A DNA stretch of 64,000 bases from an uncultured Clostridia bacterium (GTDB taxonomy: Bacteria > Bacillota > Clostridia > Christensenellales > DTU072). This document shows positions 27,596 to 37,182 of this stretch, piece by piece. The first letter of the stretch is position 1. Each line of letters opens with the position of its first letter. The DNA lies in the NCBI GenBank assembly GCA_944362765.1, contig CALVTP010000001.1, positions 5,395 to 69,394 of the forward strand, written 5' to 3'. A model generated the notes under the pieces. It did no database searches, was not told the DNA's origin, and saw only the letters and a list, made by a program, of their open reading frames with translations. A program made the position numbers and the translations under genes.

Positions 27596-27618
27596 AAGCC
27601 CGCCCGGTGCGGGCTTTT
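27596..27618. terminator. bidirectional rho-independent terminator between convergent oadB and tsaD
   Basis: AGCCCGC-ccggt-GCGGGCT, flanked by an A-run upstream and TTTT downstream. Confidence 0.85.
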
Positions 27619-27651
27619 CTCTTATGTTTTTAGGTGAATCGCTTTAAGAAT

Positions 27652-28704
27652 TTAAAGAGAGGGGTCTGCGTCAAGCGACAGCGGGGCAGGAGCTGCTCCG
27701 AGACGTATCATCTCGTATGCGGCGACGCCTATCATTGCCGCATTGTCGGTACAAAGCGATTTCGGCGGCAGCAGCACATCGAATCCCTCTACGGCGCCTC
27801 TGAGCGAGAGCGCTTCCCGAAGGGCGCCGTTGGCTCCCACTCCGCCCGCAAGCGCCACCGTTTTTATCCCGGTGCGTCTTACGGCTTCGGCTGTGTGATC
27901 TACCAACACTCCCACGGCTTCGGTCTGGAAGGAGCAGGCGACATCGGCAACGGAGAACTCTTCGCCGCGCTGTTTCATGCCGTGTACGGTGTTGATAAGC
28001 GCCGTTTTCAGTCCAGAAAACGAAAAATCCAGCCGTTTGTCGCCTTTGAAAGCGCGCGGGAGCTTGTAAACGGGCTTGCCGCATTTTGCCGCACGCTCTA
28101 TTTCCGGCCCGCCCGGGTAGGGAAGCCCGAGTACGCGGGCAGCCTTGTCGAAAGCTTCGCCGACGGCATCGTCCAGCGTCGAACCGAGCACTTCCATGTC
28201 GTCGAAAGTGCGGACTGCCAATATATAGGTGTGCCCGCCGCTTGCGAGAAGGGCGATGAAGGGAGGCTGAAGCCGCGGGGAGGAGATGAAGTTCGCCGCC
28301 ACGTGTCCCTTTATGTGGTTTACCGCAATAAGCGGAAGCGACGCGCCGTAGGCGAGCGCCTTGGCGTACGAGACTCCGACCAGCAGCGCTCCCAGAAGTC
28401 CCGCTCCGTATGTCACCGCCACCGCGGAAATGTCTTTCAAACCGACGGAAGCGGCGTCGAGCGCTTCCTTGGTCAGCGAGTCTATTTGCAAAGCGTGGTT
28501 TCTTGAAGCGATCTCCGGCACCACGCCGCCGAACCTTCTGTGGATCTCAATTTGAGAACTTACGATATTGGATACTATTTCACGCCCTTTGGTTACCGAA
28601 ACAGCAGTTTCATCGCAGCTCGATTCGAAGGCGAGAATGTAGTAGTCGTCTCTTTGCCTTAAAGCGTCCAGCTTTTCTTTACTTATATCGAGGTAGCTTT
28701 TCAT
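27652..28704 (-). CDS. tsaD: tRNA N6-adenosine threonylcarbamoyltransferase
   Basis: Kae1/Gcp family: ILAFESSCDETAVSV, HIKGHV, GGVGAN (the canonical GGVAAN region). Confidence 0.92.
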   Translation of the reverse strand: MKSYLDISKEKLDALRQRDDYYILAFESSCDETAVSVTKGREIVSNIVSSQIEIHRRFGGVVPEIASRNHALQIDSLTKEALDAASVGLKDISAVAVTYGAGLLGALLVGVSYAKALAYGASLPLIAVNHIKGHVAANFISSPRLQPPFIALLASGGHTYILAVRTFDDMEVLGSTLDDAVGEAFDKAARVLGLPYPGGPEIERAAKCGKPVYKLPRAFKGDKRLDFSFSGLKTALINTVHGMKQRGEEFSVADVACSFQTEAVGVLVDHTAEAVRRTGIKTVALAGGVGANGALREALSLRGAVEGFDVLLPPKSLCTDNAAMIGVAAYEMIRLGAAPAPLSLDADPSL

Positions 28705-29441
28705 CGTGCGATAGTGAGTACCGTAACGCGCTTTGCGCCGGCGGATTTAAGTACTTTGGCGCATTCGGAAGCGGTGGCGCCGGAGGTGAGTATGTCGTCA
28801 ATCAACAGCACCGTTTTTCCGGCGATTTCCGTGTCGGGGACGACTTCGAAGTTACCTTCGACGGCTTTGAATCTGTCGGAAAAACCGAGTTTGGTCTGAT
28901 CGACTTTATGCGTTTTACGGTTCAGAAGTTTGGAGTAGGGGATCCCGAGTCCCTCCGACACGCCTTCGGCAAGCAGCGAAGTGTGGTCGAAGCCCCGCTT
29001 TCTCACGGTGGTTTTGGTGGCGGGGACGGCAGTCACAACGTCGAAATCGAGGGAAAGTCCCTTCATGTAATCGCTCATGTATCCTGTGAGGTAGCCGACG
29101 AGGTAGAGATTGCCGCCGATTTTCAAATCGAGGATGAGTTTCCTTATAAGTCCGCGGTAATTGAACGGGGCGTAGGCGCGGTCGTATTCGGGCGTGAACG
29201 CCGAACAGCGCCTGCAAAGTCTGCCGACATAGATGGGTGTTCCGCAGATGGCGCAGCACTTTCCCGTTTTAAATGGGAGGTTTCCCTCGCATTCGGGGCA
29301 GAGCGATTGCTCGCGGCAGCGCTCCGGCAGCTCCTTCCCGCAGCCCAGGCAGACGTACCCTTCCGGAAACATCGCCGTCTTAAAGGAATCCGCAAAACGT
29401 TTTAATGCAGCAATAATTTTAGCTTTTCGTTCGTTTTCCAT
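28701..29441 (-). CDS. comFC: ComF-family phosphoribosyltransferase-domain protein
   Basis: N-terminal Cys pairs (CLGCG...CPEC, CAICG...CRRC) and a C-terminal PRTase motif VLLIDDILTSGAT. 4-nt overlap with tsaD and 40-nt overlap with recD2. Confidence 0.85.
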   Translation of the reverse strand: MENERKAKIIAALKRFADSFKTAMFPEGYVCLGCGKELPERCREQSLCPECEGNLPFKTGKCCAICGTPIYVGRLCRRCSAFTPEYDRAYAPFNYRGLIRKLILDLKIGGNLYLVGYLTGYMSDYMKGLSLDFDVVTAVPATKTTVRKRGFDHTSLLAEGVSEGLGIPYSKLLNRKTHKVDQTKLGFSDRFKAVEGNFEVVPDTEIAGKTVLLIDDILTSGATASECAKVLKSAGAKRVTVLTIAR

Positions 29442-31603
29442 AAAAATTCCTTTAAAAGAGTATAGCGTACGCGAACGCTTTTGTTGGCTATCATACGGCG
29501 GACGGTCTCCTCGGCGCCCACCAAAACGACGGCGCGTTTGGCTCTCGTGACGGCGGTATAAAGGAGGTTTCTGTTGAGAAGCATCCCTCCGCCCGGCGTC
29601 AACGCGATGACGACGACAGGGAACTCCGAGCCCTGGCTTTTATGAACGCTGACGGCATATGCAAGCATAAGAGCGTCGCGCTCTCCCGGTTTATATTTTG
29701 CCACTCTCCCGTCGTCAAATGCCACTGTCAGTGTGCCTCGCACGACACTCAGGATATACCCGAGGTCGCCGTTGAAAACGCCGCGACCCTTTTCGCCGTC
29801 CTTTTCCCATTCCAGCTCGTAGTCGTTGACAATCTGCATGACCTTGTCGCCGACGCGGAAATTCTCGGAGCCTTCGACTCGCGTTCCGAAGGGATTCAAC
29901 GCCTGTTGGAGCGCTTCGTTCAGCGCGATGACGCCCGCAGGGGTGCGCTTTAAAGGCGCCAGCACCTGGATATCCCCCGAGGAGATGCGGAAGTACTCCG
30001 GGAGACGCTTGGTGACGAGAGCGACGACGTCGCGGGCTATATCGTCGGCGGTGTGTTTGACGTCGAAGAAGAAATCTGAAGAGTCGTTTTTTATTATCGG
30101 CAGTTTGCCAACGTTAATCCTGTGGGCGTTGACTACTATTAACGAGCCTGCGTCCTGGCGGTGGATTTCGGAAAGGATATGCACCGGCACCAGTCCGCTT
30201 TCTATGAGATCCGCCAGAATATTCCCCGGCGAAACGCTGGGGAGCTGATCCTTGTCGCCGACCAAGATCAGTTTACAAAAGTTCGGAAGCGCCTTCAGAA
30301 GCGCCGAAAACACATAGACGTCAGCCATAGAAATTTCGTCGACTATGACGACGTCGGCTTTCAGCGGGTGCGATTCGTTGAATTTATAGGTCGGGCGTCC
30401 GTCGGACATGTCCTGACCGAGCATGCGGTGAATGGTCTTCGCCTCTTCCGAGGTGGCTTCGGTAAGTCTCTTTGCTGCCCGCCCCGTCGGAGCCGACAGC
30501 AAAACGGAGAGGTTCCGCGCCCGCGTGAGTTCCAGAATGCATTTTATTATCGTAGTTTTGCCTGTTCCGGGACCGCCCGTTATCACCGACACCCCCGAAT
30601 TCAGAGCTTTCTGAACGGCTTCACGCTGCGTAGCATCCAGATAGATGTTGTTTTCGGCTTCGAAGACGTCGATTTCACCTGAAAAATCGGTTTTGTCGAC
30701 GTCGGCTTCGGAAAGAAGCGACATTATTTTCCGTGCGATGCTCCTTTCCGAATAGTAGTATACGTTCAAAGCATAGAATTGCTGCTTTTTCTCGCCTTCG
30801 CCCACCGTTTCCGCCGCTATTTCGCCGTGAAGCACGGCGCGTTTCAGCGTTTCCGAAACAAGTTCCGGGTCGAGTTTCAATAGCTCCGAAGCTCTTTCCG
30901 TCAGCGGTTCTATCGGAAGAGCGGTGTGTCCCGAACGGTTACCCGCCTCGGAAAGCGCCTCCTTGAGCCCCGCCGTTATCCTGAATTCGGAATCTCTTCC
31001 GAAGCCCAATTCCTCGGCGATCCTGTCGGCTTTATAAAAGCCCACGCCGTCAATTTCCGAAGTCAGCCGATAGGGGTTTTCGGTTATCAGCTGTTCGGTT
31101 TCGTCGCCGTATTTATTGTAGATTTTGGTGGCAAGTCCAAGCGATATTCCGTGCCCTTGCAAAAAGAGCATCGCTTTTTTCATCCCTGCGTTCATGCGGT
31201 AGGATGCGGCTATCTGTTTTGCCTTGAACTTACCGATACCGGGTACCAATTCCAGCTTTTCGGGAGCCTTTTCTATGATTTCAAGCGTTGCCGCTCCGAA
31301 GCGTGAGACGATACTCCGGGCGAGGGAGGGACCTATTCCGTCGAAGAGCCCTCCGCCTAAGAACATTATCATTCCTTCGGCGTTGACGGGCGCGGAGAAG
31401 TCGACGGACTCGGCTGAAAACTGTTCGCCGTATTTGGAATTGTTGACGAATTTTCCGGTGATCTGAAGGTATTCGCCCTCGCTTATCTCGGGCATGGAGC
31501 CTACGACTATGACGCTTCTTTCGGGGGTGGCGAAGTCCATCACGGTATATCCCGTGTCCTCGGAGCGGAAAATGACGGCTTGCACGATGCCCGAAATAGT
31601 CAT
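29402..31603 (-). CDS. recD2: ATP-dependent RecD2-like SF1B DNA helicase
   Basis: 733 aa. Walker A GGPGTGKTT, motif II VIVDEISMAD, a HhH-like N-terminal region, C-terminal AVSVHKSQGSEF. Matches the YrrC/RecD2 architecture. Confidence 0.9.
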   Translation of the reverse strand: MTISGIVQAVIFRSEDTGYTVMDFATPERSVIVVGSMPEISEGEYLQITGKFVNNSKYGEQFSAESVDFSAPVNAEGMIMFLGGGLFDGIGPSLARSIVSRFGAATLEIIEKAPEKLELVPGIGKFKAKQIAASYRMNAGMKKAMLFLQGHGISLGLATKIYNKYGDETEQLITENPYRLTSEIDGVGFYKADRIAEELGFGRDSEFRITAGLKEALSEAGNRSGHTALPIEPLTERASELLKLDPELVSETLKRAVLHGEIAAETVGEGEKKQQFYALNVYYYSERSIARKIMSLLSEADVDKTDFSGEIDVFEAENNIYLDATQREAVQKALNSGVSVITGGPGTGKTTIIKCILELTRARNLSVLLSAPTGRAAKRLTEATSEEAKTIHRMLGQDMSDGRPTYKFNESHPLKADVVIVDEISMADVYVFSALLKALPNFCKLILVGDKDQLPSVSPGNILADLIESGLVPVHILSEIHRQDAGSLIVVNAHRINVGKLPIIKNDSSDFFFDVKHTADDIARDVVALVTKRLPEYFRISSGDIQVLAPLKRTPAGVIALNEALQQALNPFGTRVEGSENFRVGDKVMQIVNDYELEWEKDGEKGRGVFNGDLGYILSVVRGTLTVAFDDGRVAKYKPGERDALMLAYAVSVHKSQGSEFPVVVIALTPGGGMLLNRNLLYTAVTRAKRAVVLVGAEETVRRMIANKSVRVRYTLLKEFLWKTNEKLKLLLH

Positions 31604-31664
31604 ACCATTATTTTAACGGTTCTGCTTCCGAAAAGCAAGTAAACGCGGCTTTTTTCGCAACCGC

Positions 31665-31693
31665 TTGTAAACGGCGCGTGGGTGTGGTATACT
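31665..31693 (+). promoter_or_regulatory. sigma-70-type promoter (TTGTAA-N17-TGgTATACT) abutting the ATG at 31703
   Basis: TTGTAA at 31665-31670, 17-nt spacer, extended -10 TATACT at 31688-31693. The ORF-track GTG start (31682) lies inside the spacer/-10 region. Confidence 0.5.
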
Positions 31694-31702
31694 TATAAAG
31701 CT

Positions 31703-33241
31703 ATGCAAAGACAGGACTACCCGCGTCCCGAGTTCGTCCGCCCGAGGATAATGTCTTTGGACGGAGAGTGGGAGCGGATAAACGAACCGCTGACGCCGGA
31801 GCAAAGCCTCACTGCCCCGTTCGGGGGGAGCTTCGCCGCGCCGTATTTACCGGGAAGTCTTCCCGCAGAGGCAAGGTCGCCGGAAATGTGGCTGAGGCGG
31901 CGTTTCGAGCTGCTGCCTTTCGACGTGTCCGGCTCCGTAATTTTAAATTTCAACGGCATTTCGGGTGCTTACTCCGCATATCTGAACGGCGTCCCGCTGT
32001 TTTCCGGGGCGGGTCCGCACCCCAATCACGTCGAAGTCACTCCTTTTGTAAGGGCGGGGGAGAACGTTTTGACGGTCTATTCCGCCTCCCGTCCCTTTTC
32101 CGAGGGTCTTACGGGCTCCGTCTGGCTGGAATTTGCCGCCAAAAGCTTTTTTTCCTTTCTCCGTCCGACGGCGGTCTACCGCGACAAAGCCGTTTATTTA
32201 AGAGGCATGATCAGGGGAAGCACCGAAGGCTTGCGGGTCGTCGTCGAGGTGGCGTTCGACGGCAGAGCTATTTTGAAGAAAATTTACCGCGCCGAGCCCG
32301 ACTTTACCCTTCACGTGCCGCTGGGGCGTCTCCCCGATATGTGGAGCGAAGGACGGGGAAAAATTTACGACATCCGCGTCACGCTGCTTTTCCCCGACGG
32401 CGCCGTCGCGGACAGAGTTTATACCTACACCGCTTTCAAGGAGTTTTCCGTTCTGAAAGGAGAGACATATATAAACGGAAGGAAGTGCTTTTTCAAGTGC
32501 CTCTCCGACCCGATGTACTATCCCGCCACGATAAAGAAAAAGCGCTCGGAAATCTTTTCGGAAGGCGTTGCGAAAGCCGAAGCGCTGGGATTCAATACGA
32601 TATTTTTCAGGGAGTATCCTTCTCCGACGGAACTGTATATTCTCGATAAATTCGGCATGCACGCCATCGTCTCTCTTCCGCATATCGTTACGGAGGATCA
32701 ATCCTACCGATCTTTGATAATGAGAGACTTCGGGCATCCGTGTATTGCGATATGGAATCCCGAACCCGATAATTACGATGCGGATACGGCAAGGAGAATT
32801 TATTCCGGAATAAAGGCAGCCGATCCTTTGCACCCGGTTATGTTCGCGAAATTTAAGGAACTTTATTGCGCCGACATATATACTTTCACCGCGCCCGCCG
32901 AGGAGATTCCGCTGTACCTTTCGATGCGTTTCAACGGCGGAAAATTTTCCGAAAAAGAGGAACTCAGATTCATTAGGTCGCACCCCGGGCTGATGAAAGC
33001 GGAGGAGCTCGGTGCGCTTCCCGCCTTCTTTTATCCCGCGGAGGGAGTGGCGTCAGGGAATAAGGGGAGAGCGTTCGGGAAGGGACTTCGTCCGAAGGCG
33101 GATCCGCCGGAAATGACGACGGGGTTACAGGGATATCTCTCCGAGCCGCTGTACGACAGTCCCGGCGGAGAGGGATTATTGACTTTTTCGAGGGAATTCA
33201 AAAACCCTGTCGCGATAAGTAAGCCGGGGCGTCCGCATTAG
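31703..33241 (+). CDS. glycoside hydrolase family 2-like protein (function uncertain)
   Basis: The N-terminus DYPRPEFVRPRIMSLDGEWE is typical of GH2 sugar-binding-domain openings, followed by a TIM-barrel-like region (GFNTIFFREYPSP). Catalytic residues were not verified. Confidence 0.5.
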   Translation: MQRQDYPRPEFVRPRIMSLDGEWERINEPLTPEQSLTAPFGGSFAAPYLPGSLPAEARSPEMWLRRRFELLPFDVSGSVILNFNGISGAYSAYLNGVPLFSGAGPHPNHVEVTPFVRAGENVLTVYSASRPFSEGLTGSVWLEFAAKSFFSFLRPTAVYRDKAVYLRGMIRGSTEGLRVVVEVAFDGRAILKKIYRAEPDFTLHVPLGRLPDMWSEGRGKIYDIRVTLLFPDGAVADRVYTYTAFKEFSVLKGETYINGRKCFFKCLSDPMYYPATIKKKRSEIFSEGVAKAEALGFNTIFFREYPSPTELYILDKFGMHAIVSLPHIVTEDQSYRSLIMRDFGHPCIAIWNPEPDNYDADTARRIYSGIKAADPLHPVMFAKFKELYCADIYTFTAPAEEIPLYLSMRFNGGKFSEKEELRFIRSHPGLMKAEELGALPAFFYPAEGVASGNKGRAFGKGLRPKADPPEMTTGLQGYLSEPLYDSPGGEGLLTFSREFKNPVAISKPGRPH

Positions 33242-33282
33242 TCTTAAAAGGCGTCCGACGCCGAAAAGAGGGCGTTAGCGGG

Positions 33283-33774
33283 TCAGCACCCCGAAAGCAA
33301 TTTTTTCAATTTTCTGACGGCGCGGGAGTATTTTTGACGGACGGCGTCGTAGCTCATATCCATGATTTCGGCTATTTCCTGGTGCCGGTAGCCGTCGACA
33401 AAGCTCAGTTCCAGAATTTTGTAGGAGTCGTCGTCTATCTGTTCCAGACTGCGGCAAAGGCAGTCGATTCCGTATGTGGATAGGATCCTGCCCAGTTCCG
33501 AAACGCTGTCGGGTACCCGTCTTACTCCTTTTTCGGCGGCAATTTTTTCTGCCTCGGAATAAATCCAGGCGCTGGGACGCGCGACGTAGCCCACGGGTTC
33601 TATCACAAACAGCCGCATGAAAAATTCGTTTGCGGCGTCCTCGGCTACCGAAAAATCATAAAATTCGCATAGTTCGGAAACTATTCTCGGGAAAAAATAG
33701 TTATATATGCTGTCCACCGAAGAAGGATCGGTTTTATAAGCGTCCAGCAGCCTGTTGAATTCCTTAGCGGTCAA
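33283..33774 (-). CDS. sigma-70-family (ECF-like) RNA polymerase sigma factor
   Basis: Region 4 HTH ILELSFVDGYRHQEIAEIMDMSYDAVRQKYSRAVRKLKK, with a region-2-like N-terminal half. TTG start is preceded by AAGGAGG. No adjacent anti-sigma gene. Confidence 0.75.
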   Translation of the reverse strand: MTAKEFNRLLDAYKTDPSSVDSIYNYFFPRIVSELCEFYDFSVAEDAANEFFMRLFVIEPVGYVARPSAWIYSEAEKIAAEKGVRRVPDSVSELGRILSTYGIDCLCRSLEQIDDDSYKILELSFVDGYRHQEIAEIMDMSYDAVRQKYSRAVRKLKKLLSGC

Positions 33775-34001
33775 CCGTAGTCCTCCTTTTGCGGTTTAAT
33801 AGGAATATTATAATACAGGATTTGACTTTTGGGGAGTATGCTAGCAAAAAAATTACTCATGGTCAGAAATTGACCGTTCCCGCGTCCCGGATGAGACCTG
33901 TTTTACGAAGCGGTTCCGGCGCCGCCATGCGTCGCAGAGCGCAGCGGATAAACTGCTGCGGCAGTGACGGAGAGGAAGCGCCGAAATTTGATATATTTCG
34001 A

Positions 34002-34036
34002 TTTTTAACGACATTTTAAACTTTTTAACGACATTT
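34002..34036. repeat. direct repeat TTTTTAACGACATTT x2 (20-bp period) in the 600-bp sigma/MFS intergenic region
   Basis: Identical 15-mers at 34002-34016 and 34022-34036. Confidence 0.8.
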
Positions 34037-34372
34037 CCGAGGCTTCCCAAGAAGTATTGCTTCTTTTCGGAAAAAGAGAGCGGTTGTCGCCCGGGGAGCG
34101 GGAAAGTCCCGCCTCGGGACGAGGCAGGAAAGGATTTTTTTACGATAAATTTTCCGAACCTGCAATTCATGTAACAACAGACGAAAAGTTACCCTGAACG
34201 CTGCTTTCGGCGCGCCGAAAGTAAAATTATCGTTCGCTTTTCCTCCGTTTTCCGCCGTCCGGAAACGGCGAAAAGACGATTCTGCAATTTCGCTCTTGAA
34301 TGTCTGCGATATATATTATATAATAATTATAACCTTATTCGGAAGGCGCACTTTTTCTAAGGAGAGATTTGG

Positions 34373-36043
34373 ATGAAATTAAATTATTGGAAAACGTTGA
34401 AAGTCGGTCTGGCGTTCGCCATTATCATGGTATTCTGGACTGCTTACGATTACGTGGTGCCGCTGCTGTTGGAGCACGCATACGGTCTTCCCAACTGGCT
34501 GCGCGGGCTGGTGATGGGGCTCGATAACCTCTTATCGCTCTTCCTTTTGCCGATTTTCGGCAGGATCTCCGACAAAACGCGCACGAAGTGGGGGAAGCGT
34601 ACGCCGTTTATCGTAGGCGGCACGATCTTAAGTGTTGTTTTGATGATATTCGTCCCGATTTCGGCGAATAAATCGCTTAAAGCAGGTGAGGAACTGCGCG
34701 AACAGATCACTGCCACCTGGGCGGAAGGTTACAGCTACACCGACGAAAAAGGAAACGTTTACGACAGTGAGGCGCTCTATACGATGATTTATGAAAAGGG
34801 CGCCACGGATTCCGACTATTGCGACCGTGAATTCCTGAAAGCGGAGACGGGCTCCGACAGCCTTGAAACTTATTTAAGCATCGCTCTTAACCCGGAACTT
34901 AACGAAGACGGCGCGCCCGGCGAGAAGTACGAACGCATCGTCGAAACGGGTATCAATACTTACGCTTCCGACCAGGTCTATCAGAAAGTCACCCTCAAAA
35001 ATCTCGACTCGCTGATAATTTACATGGTGATATTGTTCTTTGTGTTGGTGGCAATGGCGACTTTCCGTTCGCCCGCGGTAGCTTTGATGCCCGACGTCAC
35101 GCCGAAGCCGTTGCGTTCGCAGGCTAACGCAATGATAAACCTGGCGGGCGGTGCCGGCGGCGCGATAGCGTTTTTGATCTATACCATAACCTTGATGATA
35201 AATCCGACAGGCTATATAGCTATATTCGTGGCGGTGGCTTGTTCGATGATCATACTGTTGGGACTGTTCCTGTGGCTGGTCAAAGAACCTAAATTGGTCA
35301 GGGAATGCGAAGAGCTTTGCGCCGAATACGGTATAAGTAACGACGACGATGACGTTCCCGAAAAGGAAAACGGCGAAACCGTTAAATTGAGCGAAGAGGA
35401 AGCGGCGCGGCACAAGCGTTCCCGTTTCATTTCCTTCCTTCTCATTCTCGGCAGCATATTTATGTGGTTTATGGGCTACAACGCCGTGTCTTCGAACCTT
35501 TCGATCTACCTTACAAAGATATTGGGACTGTCGTCCGGATTCGGCGGTATAGTTTCGGGTATCTCTATGGGAATTTCGGCGATAGCGTTTATCCCGGTCG
35601 GTATCCTTGCCGTCAAGATAGGCAGAAGAAAGTCGATAATGATAGGTTTCGGGCTGGCGACGCTGGCGTTTATCCTGATATTCTTCTTTGCCGTTCAAAG
35701 GACGACGGCGGCGTGGGTATTGTACACGCTGTTCTATCTGATCTCCGGCTTCGGTCTGATAATCGCAAACGTCAACACATTCCCGATGGTAGTCGAATTG
35801 GCGGATTCGGGCAATACCGGAAAGTATACGGGGTTCTATTACGCCGCCACGATGTCCGCGCAGGCTATCACGCCCTTTATCGCGGGGCTGGTCATGGACT
35901 CTTTCGGCAGCAAATACTTGTTCCTGTATTCGACGATCTGCGTGGCGCTGGCGATAGTCCTGATGGTATTCGTAAAGCACGGCGATTCAAAGGCGCCGCC
36001 GCCGAAGTCGAAACTCGAAATGCTGGGAGCGGCAGACGATTGA
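34373..36043 (+). CDS. MFS transporter, GPH/SLC45-like sugar:cation symporter
   Basis: 12-TM layout with a large hydrophilic insertion after TM3 and a central loop. Motif GRISDKTRTKWGKRTPF is typical of the GPH/SLC45 group. SD AAGGAGAG. Confidence 0.75.
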   Translation: MKLNYWKTLKVGLAFAIIMVFWTAYDYVVPLLLEHAYGLPNWLRGLVMGLDNLLSLFLLPIFGRISDKTRTKWGKRTPFIVGGTILSVVLMIFVPISANKSLKAGEELREQITATWAEGYSYTDEKGNVYDSEALYTMIYEKGATDSDYCDREFLKAETGSDSLETYLSIALNPELNEDGAPGEKYERIVETGINTYASDQVYQKVTLKNLDSLIIYMVILFFVLVAMATFRSPAVALMPDVTPKPLRSQANAMINLAGGAGGAIAFLIYTITLMINPTGYIAIFVAVACSMIILLGLFLWLVKEPKLVRECEELCAEYGISNDDDDVPEKENGETVKLSEEEAARHKRSRFISFLLILGSIFMWFMGYNAVSSNLSIYLTKILGLSSGFGGIVSGISMGISAIAFIPVGILAVKIGRRKSIMIGFGLATLAFILIFFFAVQRTTAAWVLYTLFYLISGFGLIIANVNTFPMVVELADSGNTGKYTGFYYAATMSAQAITPFIAGLVMDSFGSKYLFLYSTICVALAIVLMVFVKHGDSKAPPPKSKLEMLGAADD

Positions 36044-36136
36044 TTGCCGCTGCCGTCGATGCCTTAGACACGGGCTTTCCGCTTCGGAGCATTCCGGAGC
36101 ACGCAAGATAAACAAATTGTCATTTAGGAGGATGAT

Positions 36137-37144
36137 ATGTCAAAAAGATTGAGAGGTACAATTGTAGCTTTGGTGGTTATTGTTGCGCTGGTCGCATTCA
36201 TAGTCAGCTTTTTAAGTATATTCCGAAACAGGATTCCCGAGCGTGAGGCGCCGGGACTTCCGTTGTATTTCGGCGAGCAGCGGCTGGATATTGACATGCC
36301 CGAGGAAGACGCCGAAGAGCAGGATCTTGTAGAATTCGTTGCCGAACTTTACGAAACAGCCTGCGAAAACTACAAACAGGCAGACAAAGCCGCTTTCGAG
36401 GTCATCTACACCACCTACATGAAAATAGGCGGCGACTTAATGAGTCTGCCGGTGCCGGGCACCAGGTATTGTCTGAAAGAAGGCGCCAAACGCTATTATA
36501 TGGATTTTGCCATTCCCGATCAGAGCAATCCCTTGATAGGAACGCTGCTGAACGCATTCGCCCCCGAAAGCTCCTGGTACGGAGAGGCGCAATATACCGA
36601 TGAAACGATGGACTATACCGTTTCGCGGAAGATCTATTCCGGCAGCGGTGAGAGCGCCAACGGCGTGGCGCCCAAATATGCGGAGGACGGCACCATAGTC
36701 GCCGACTGGTCAAACGTCACCACCAAAGAGCTCGCGAAGCCCGTCTACGCCGCCTATCAGGAAGGGGATTTCCATCACACCGACCATGAAGTTTCCGTCG
36801 ACACGATAATCCCGGGGACGGTTTCCGTCGAATACAACAGCGAAGGAAGGTACTACATCTGCAACTTCGAACTCGATCCCGAAAAAGTTCCCGAAGCGCT
36901 TCTTGAAAGTCTTCGCAACAGCTCCGGACAGCCCTCCGCCCGCTATACCAAGCTGGTGCAGTCGATGACTATCTGGGATTCGGGGTATTTCAGAACCTAT
37001 CATGCGCTGGATGACTGGACTACCGACGTGGCGATGAGTTCCACTCTCGATTTCCAGACGACGTACTACTTCGATACCGAAGGCGACGCCGAGAAATTCG
37101 ACATCAACAATTATCAATATATGGCTGAAATGTGCCATAAATAG
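36137..37144 (+). CDS. hypothetical membrane-anchored extracytoplasmic protein
   Basis: SD AGGAGG. A single N-terminal TM helix (IVALVVIVALVAFIVSFLSIF). No recognisable motifs. Sandwiched between the MFS and GH3 genes. Confidence 0.6.
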   Translation: MSKRLRGTIVALVVIVALVAFIVSFLSIFRNRIPEREAPGLPLYFGEQRLDIDMPEEDAEEQDLVEFVAELYETACENYKQADKAAFEVIYTTYMKIGGDLMSLPVPGTRYCLKEGAKRYYMDFAIPDQSNPLIGTLLNAFAPESSWYGEAQYTDETMDYTVSRKIYSGSGESANGVAPKYAEDGTIVADWSNVTTKELAKPVYAAYQEGDFHHTDHEVSVDTIIPGTVSVEYNSEGRYYICNFELDPEKVPEALLESLRNSSGQPSARYTKLVQSMTIWDSGYFRTYHALDDWTTDVAMSSTLDFQTTYYFDTEGDAEKFDINNYQYMAEMCHK

Positions 37145-37182
37145 GTTCCAAACGCAAATAAATACGTATACGAGAGGACAAT

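Noticed and set aside
29402-31603. RecD-like helicase as part of an anti-phage defence system
   Set aside because: It has full-length RecD2/YrrC architecture in an operon with comFC and tsaD (housekeeping genes). No nuclease, methylase, ATPase partner or mobile-element context is present.
33789-34170. ORFs 33789-34019 (+) and 33853-34170 (-) in the sigma/MFS intergenic region
   Set aside because: They overlap each other and have no SD. They are Arg/Ser/Cys-rich with implausible composition, and they span palindromes and direct repeats that look regulatory.
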